Positions 59,956-64,000 of a stretch of DNA of 64,000 bases are shown one piece after another. The DNA is from Ranitomeya imitator (lineage: Eukaryota), in contig NC_091285.1 of the NCBI RefSeq assembly GCF_032444005.1, positions 19,592,001 to 19,656,000 of the forward strand. Direction: 5' to 3'. How positions within the stretch are numbered: the stretch's first letter is position 1; each line of letters begins with the position of its first letter. The notes beneath the pieces are model-generated. The model did no database searches. It was not told the origin of the DNA and was given only the letters and a program-made list of their open reading frames with translations. Both the position numbers and the translations under genes were made by a program.

Positions 59956-61425
59956 GGATCACACATGCGAGAAACTCGGATGAGTCTCGCATCTTAACCC
60001 CTTCATGACCTTGGGATTTTTCGTTTTTCCGTGTTCGTTTTTCGCTCCCCTCCTTCCCAGAGCCATAACTTTTTTATTTTTTTGTCAATTTGGCCATGTG
60101 AGGGCTTATTTTTTGCAGGACGAGTTGTACTTTTGAACGACATCATTGGTTTTACCATGTCGTGTACTAGAAAACGGGAAAAAAATTCCAAGTGCGGTGA
60201 AATTGCAAAAAAAGTGCAATCCCACACTTTTTTTTTGCTTGGCTTTTTTGCTAGGTTCACTAAATGCTAAAACTGACCTGCCATTATGATTCTCCAGGTC
60301 AGTACGAGTTCATAGACACCTAACATGTCTAGGTTATTTTTTACCTAAGTGGTGAAAAAAAATTCCAAACTTTGCTAAAAAAAAAAAAATTGCGCCATTT
60401 TCCGATACTCGTAGCGTCTCCATTTTTCATGATCTGGGGTCGGTTGAGGGCTTATTCTTTGCGTGCCGAGATGACGTTTTTAATGATAGCATTTTGGTGC
60501 AGATACGTTCTTTTGATCGCCCGTTATTGCATTTTAATGCAATGTCGCGGCGACCAAAAAAACGTAATTCTGGCGTTTCGATTTTTTTTCTCGTTACGCC
60601 GTTTAGCGATCAGGTTAATGCTTTTTTTTTATTGATAGATCGGGCGATTCTGAACGTGGCGATACCAAATATGTGTAGATTTGATTTTTTTTTATTGATT
60701 TATTTTGATTGGGGCGAATGGGGGGTGATTTAAACTTTTATATTTTTTTTATTTTTTTCACATTTTTTTTACTTTTTTTTTAACTTTTGCCATGCTTCAA
60801 TAGCCTCCATGGGAGGCTAGATGCAGGCATAGCACGATCGGCTCTGCTACATAGCAGCGATCTGCTGTTCACTGCTATGTAGCAGAATTACAGGTGTGCT
60901 GTGAGCGCCGACCACAGGGTGGCGATCACAGCTACCGGCGATCAGTAACCATAGAGGTCTCAAGGACCTCTATGGTTACCATTCAGAAGCATCGCCGACC
61001 TCCGATCATGTGACGGGGGTCGGCGATGCGCTCATATCCGGCCGCCCGGACGGATACGGTAATTAAATGCCGCTGTCTGCGTTTGACAGCGGCATATAAC
61101 TAGTTAATAGCGGCGGGTGAATTGCGATTTCCCCCGCCGCTATTGCGGGCACATGTCAGCTGTTCAAAACAGCTGGCATGTCCCGGCTTTGATGCGGGCT
61201 CACCGCGGAGCCCTGCATCAAAGTAGGGGAGCTGACATCAGACGTACTATCCCGTCCGATGTCAGTAAGGGGTTAATACCCAGCACTGTCGCCGACACGC
61301 GGGACCAGAGCGTGCAGATACATGTATTTCTATGCAGCCGCACGCTCCGCTCCCGAGTGACGGTGGCAGTGACGGGTAGTAAGATAAGAGACTCGTCCGA
61401 GTTTCTCGCATGTGTGATCCCGGCC
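59956..61425. mobile_element. Harbinger-type MITE hosting a piggyBac-type MITE
   Basis: ggatcacacatgcgagaaactcgga ... tccgagtttctcgcatgtgtgatcccggcc-tta; left terminus truncated. Confidence 0.7.
59998..61272. mobile_element. piggyBac-type MITE (1275 bp)
   Basis: TTAA TSD at 59994-97 and 61273-76. Termini CCCCTT...AAGGGG. Confidence 0.9.
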
Positions 61426-62829
61426 TTAAATAAAGACACACACTCGGGACCAGAGTGTGCGGCTGCATGTATTTCTATGCAGCTGAGCGCTCCGGTAGCG
61501 AGTGCCGGCGGCAGTGCCAGGTATTGACCCCGGCCTTAAATGCAATATGTTTAATTTAAAAAAAAAATTTTTAAAATGCCGTGGGCTCCTGCGCAATTTT
61601 CTGCGCCAGAGAGGGAAAGCCAGCGACGGAGGGACTGATGTTTGTAGCCTGGGAAGGGGGTAATACCCATGGAGCTTCCCAGGCTATGAATATCAGTCCG
61701 CGGCTGTATATTTAGCCTTTACTGGCTATAAAAAAATAGGGGGATCCCCCCAAAAAATGACGTGGGGTCCCCCTATAATTTATAGCCAGAAAAGCTACGC
61801 AGACAGCTGCGGGGCTGATATTCATAGCCTAGAGAGGGACCATGGATATTGGCCCCCCGGCTACAAATACCAGCTCCCAGCCGCCCCAGAAATGGTATAT
61901 CTGCAAGATGCGCCAATTCCGGCACTTAGACTCTCTCTTCCCACTCCCGTGTAGCGGTGGGATATGGGGTAATAAAGGGTTAATGTCACCTTTGTAAGGT
62001 GACATTAAGCTGGCTTAGTAACGGAGAGGCGTCAATAAGATACCTACCATTACTAATCCTATAGCTGTGAAAGGGTTAATAAAACATGCACATGCAGAAT
62101 AAAGTATTTTAATGAAATAAAACCACACAGTTTTGCCATCTTTATTATACGCTCATTCCTGCGATGCCCTCGTTCTCCTAGAAAAAAAGTAAAAATAATA
62201 AACCAACAGTATGCTCGCTGTGTCCGACGTAGTCCAATACAACGAGTGTCCCACGACGAGTCCGGCTCTGCTGTATCTGGATGCCTGACATTCAGACATA
62301 GCAGAGCTTGTAGATGATCTCCGGAGATAACTCTCCAGCCATCACCTACATTCTAGCACTCAGGGTCAGCTGACCGTGCGAACCAGCCTGATGTGACCGG
62401 AGATAACCCGCGGTCACGTGCACGGCAGTTCTAGCGGTAAGCTGTTATCACGAGAACTTAGTTTACCGCGAGAAGTGCAGTGGATGCGATCTTCCGGCGG
62501 CGGGACAGGTAAGTTGGCATGTGAATTAGTAGATATGCGTTGTAAGCTGCGTTAATGCAGTTCTACGCATGTGAATAATCATTAGATGCGATTTTACCGC
62601 ATCTAATCATTATCTATGGGAAATTTACGGGCGTCGCCGCATTGTAAACAGACATGCTGCGTTCTGAAAAGACGCGCCTCATGTCCGTTTACGCGGGTCT
62701 GCCGCAGGCGTGTTTTACCGCATAGTAGAGCCGGCATTTCATGAAATCCCTCCACTATGCTGTAACATCTGGACGCTGCGGGTTTGACGCTGCAGCTCTA
62801 CGGAGCGCCAAACACACAATGAATTTTTT

Positions 62830-64000
62830 TGCTCTCCCCCAAGATAACCTCTATAGGGGACAAAAAAAATGGGAATGAAGTGACACCAAGAATCAAATAA
62901 TCTTAAATGCAAAAATATATTAATTCATGCAAAAACAGTATTATATTAAAATTCAGAGGCAAGGTACGGGATAAACAGAGGTAGCTCTATATATTGACCA
63001 TCCTATTGTTATGTAGCATCTGTACACCAAATTGTCTTTTTTATATATAATCAGTAATTCATCTACAATACATACAATGAAAATGAAGCAATAAAGTGCC
63101 GAAAGCTGTGCAAAAATGCTATGAATTGTAAATATACAGACAATTTAACTACACATGAGCGCCAGGTGGCATTATTGCTCTATTTTCCCAGATTCCTATA
63201 GAGAGATATAGAGAGATTTTATTATAATGAGACCTTTGAAAGATGCTCATAACCATTGGCATGTATTGCTGGTACTAACTTGTAAACATATCCTTTCTGT
63301 GGGAATTAGGAAGTAATGCTATCATCATCTATCATGAGTCTACCATTAGTGTATATATATGCATTATTGCTCAAACATTTTTTTTATATATTATGAATCG
63401 AGGTCCGGTAGAGATCATATAAATAAGTAAACATATAAGTATCCAAACAAATAGGAAGTAAATTTACCGAATGTATCGCTGTAACCTGGTGAGTATCGCT
63501 GGTGGAATATAGAGAACCTCGCGCCCCGACGCGTGTTTCGCCCAGATTCTTCTGGGGGCGTGTCTTAACTAACAAAGGTGGCATGCATATATATATCAGG
63601 CTTGACCAATAGGAGTACTTTATGGGAGGACCTAATGAATGTGTCGCTAGTCATATCAGTGTGTGTAAAAACAACCGGCCAATAGGAAAAATCGCCTATT
63701 AATGACGCGTTTGTTGTCATGCACACATTGCGCATGCGTAAAGACCGAAAAACTACCGCCAATAGAAAAATTCACGGTACTGTGACGCGGCTGTTGCCAG
63801 GAGCACAGTGCATAAACATTGGCAAAGAAAATCAGCTAACTGACAATATGTCAAACGCAAGGACGCTGCCGTCGCCCTCCATAGAAAGAATAATCTGTTA
63901 ATGAAGCTGTTGTTACCGAGCACATATTGTGCATGCGTGAGGGCCAAAAAGTAGCAGCGTAGCAGAGTTTCGTGCAATAAACGCTGCAGATAGGGAGGGG
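62830..64000 (-). mobile_element. Probable Penelope-like UTR/pLTR on minus with a degenerate hammerhead at 63522-63560
   Basis: Minus strand reads CGCCCC-CAGAAGA-atctgggc-GAAA-CACGCG-TC-GGGGCG. gcgcatgcg-rich upstream region; no ORF in the window. Confidence 0.5.

Noticed and set aside
1-64000. rRNA, tRNA or prokaryotic defence systems
   Set aside because: No such signatures were seen; the window is vertebrate-type genomic DNA.

Overview
Eukaryotic, very repeat-rich window; the TE families and gene type suggest an amphibian (inference). The host content is a tandem, all-plus-strand cluster of single-coding-exon TRIM genes (RING, B-box1, B-box2, coiled coil, acidic linker, PRY-SPRY; TRIM25/finTRIM/TRIM39-like). 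It has three intact ORFs (20017, 34642, 57317), one copy running off the left edge, and one 5'-truncated pseudogene (about 26.1 kb). Between them lie nested mobile elements: a 15.9-kb hAT transposon with an 8-bp TSD, four Tc1 elements, a MADF+transposase Harbinger, many Harbinger, piggyBac, hAT and pogo-like MITEs, several Penelope-like (GIY-YIG) retroelement pieces carrying minimal hammerhead ribozymes, and a deleted retrovirus-like LTR element with two RNase H domains. The most unusual feature is a 4.3-kb fold-back array of apparently identical 437-bp units. It is flanked by a 15-bp TSD and sits inside the BED finger of an otherwise intact hAT transposase. It shares its architecture (14-15 bp TSD, fold-back, no poly-A) with a Penelope hairpin insertion at 59.1 kb. 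This suggests, as an inference, trans-mobilisation of a multimeric or circular RNA by Penelope-like machinery. All coordinates were read by eye, and boundaries described as approximate are estimates.
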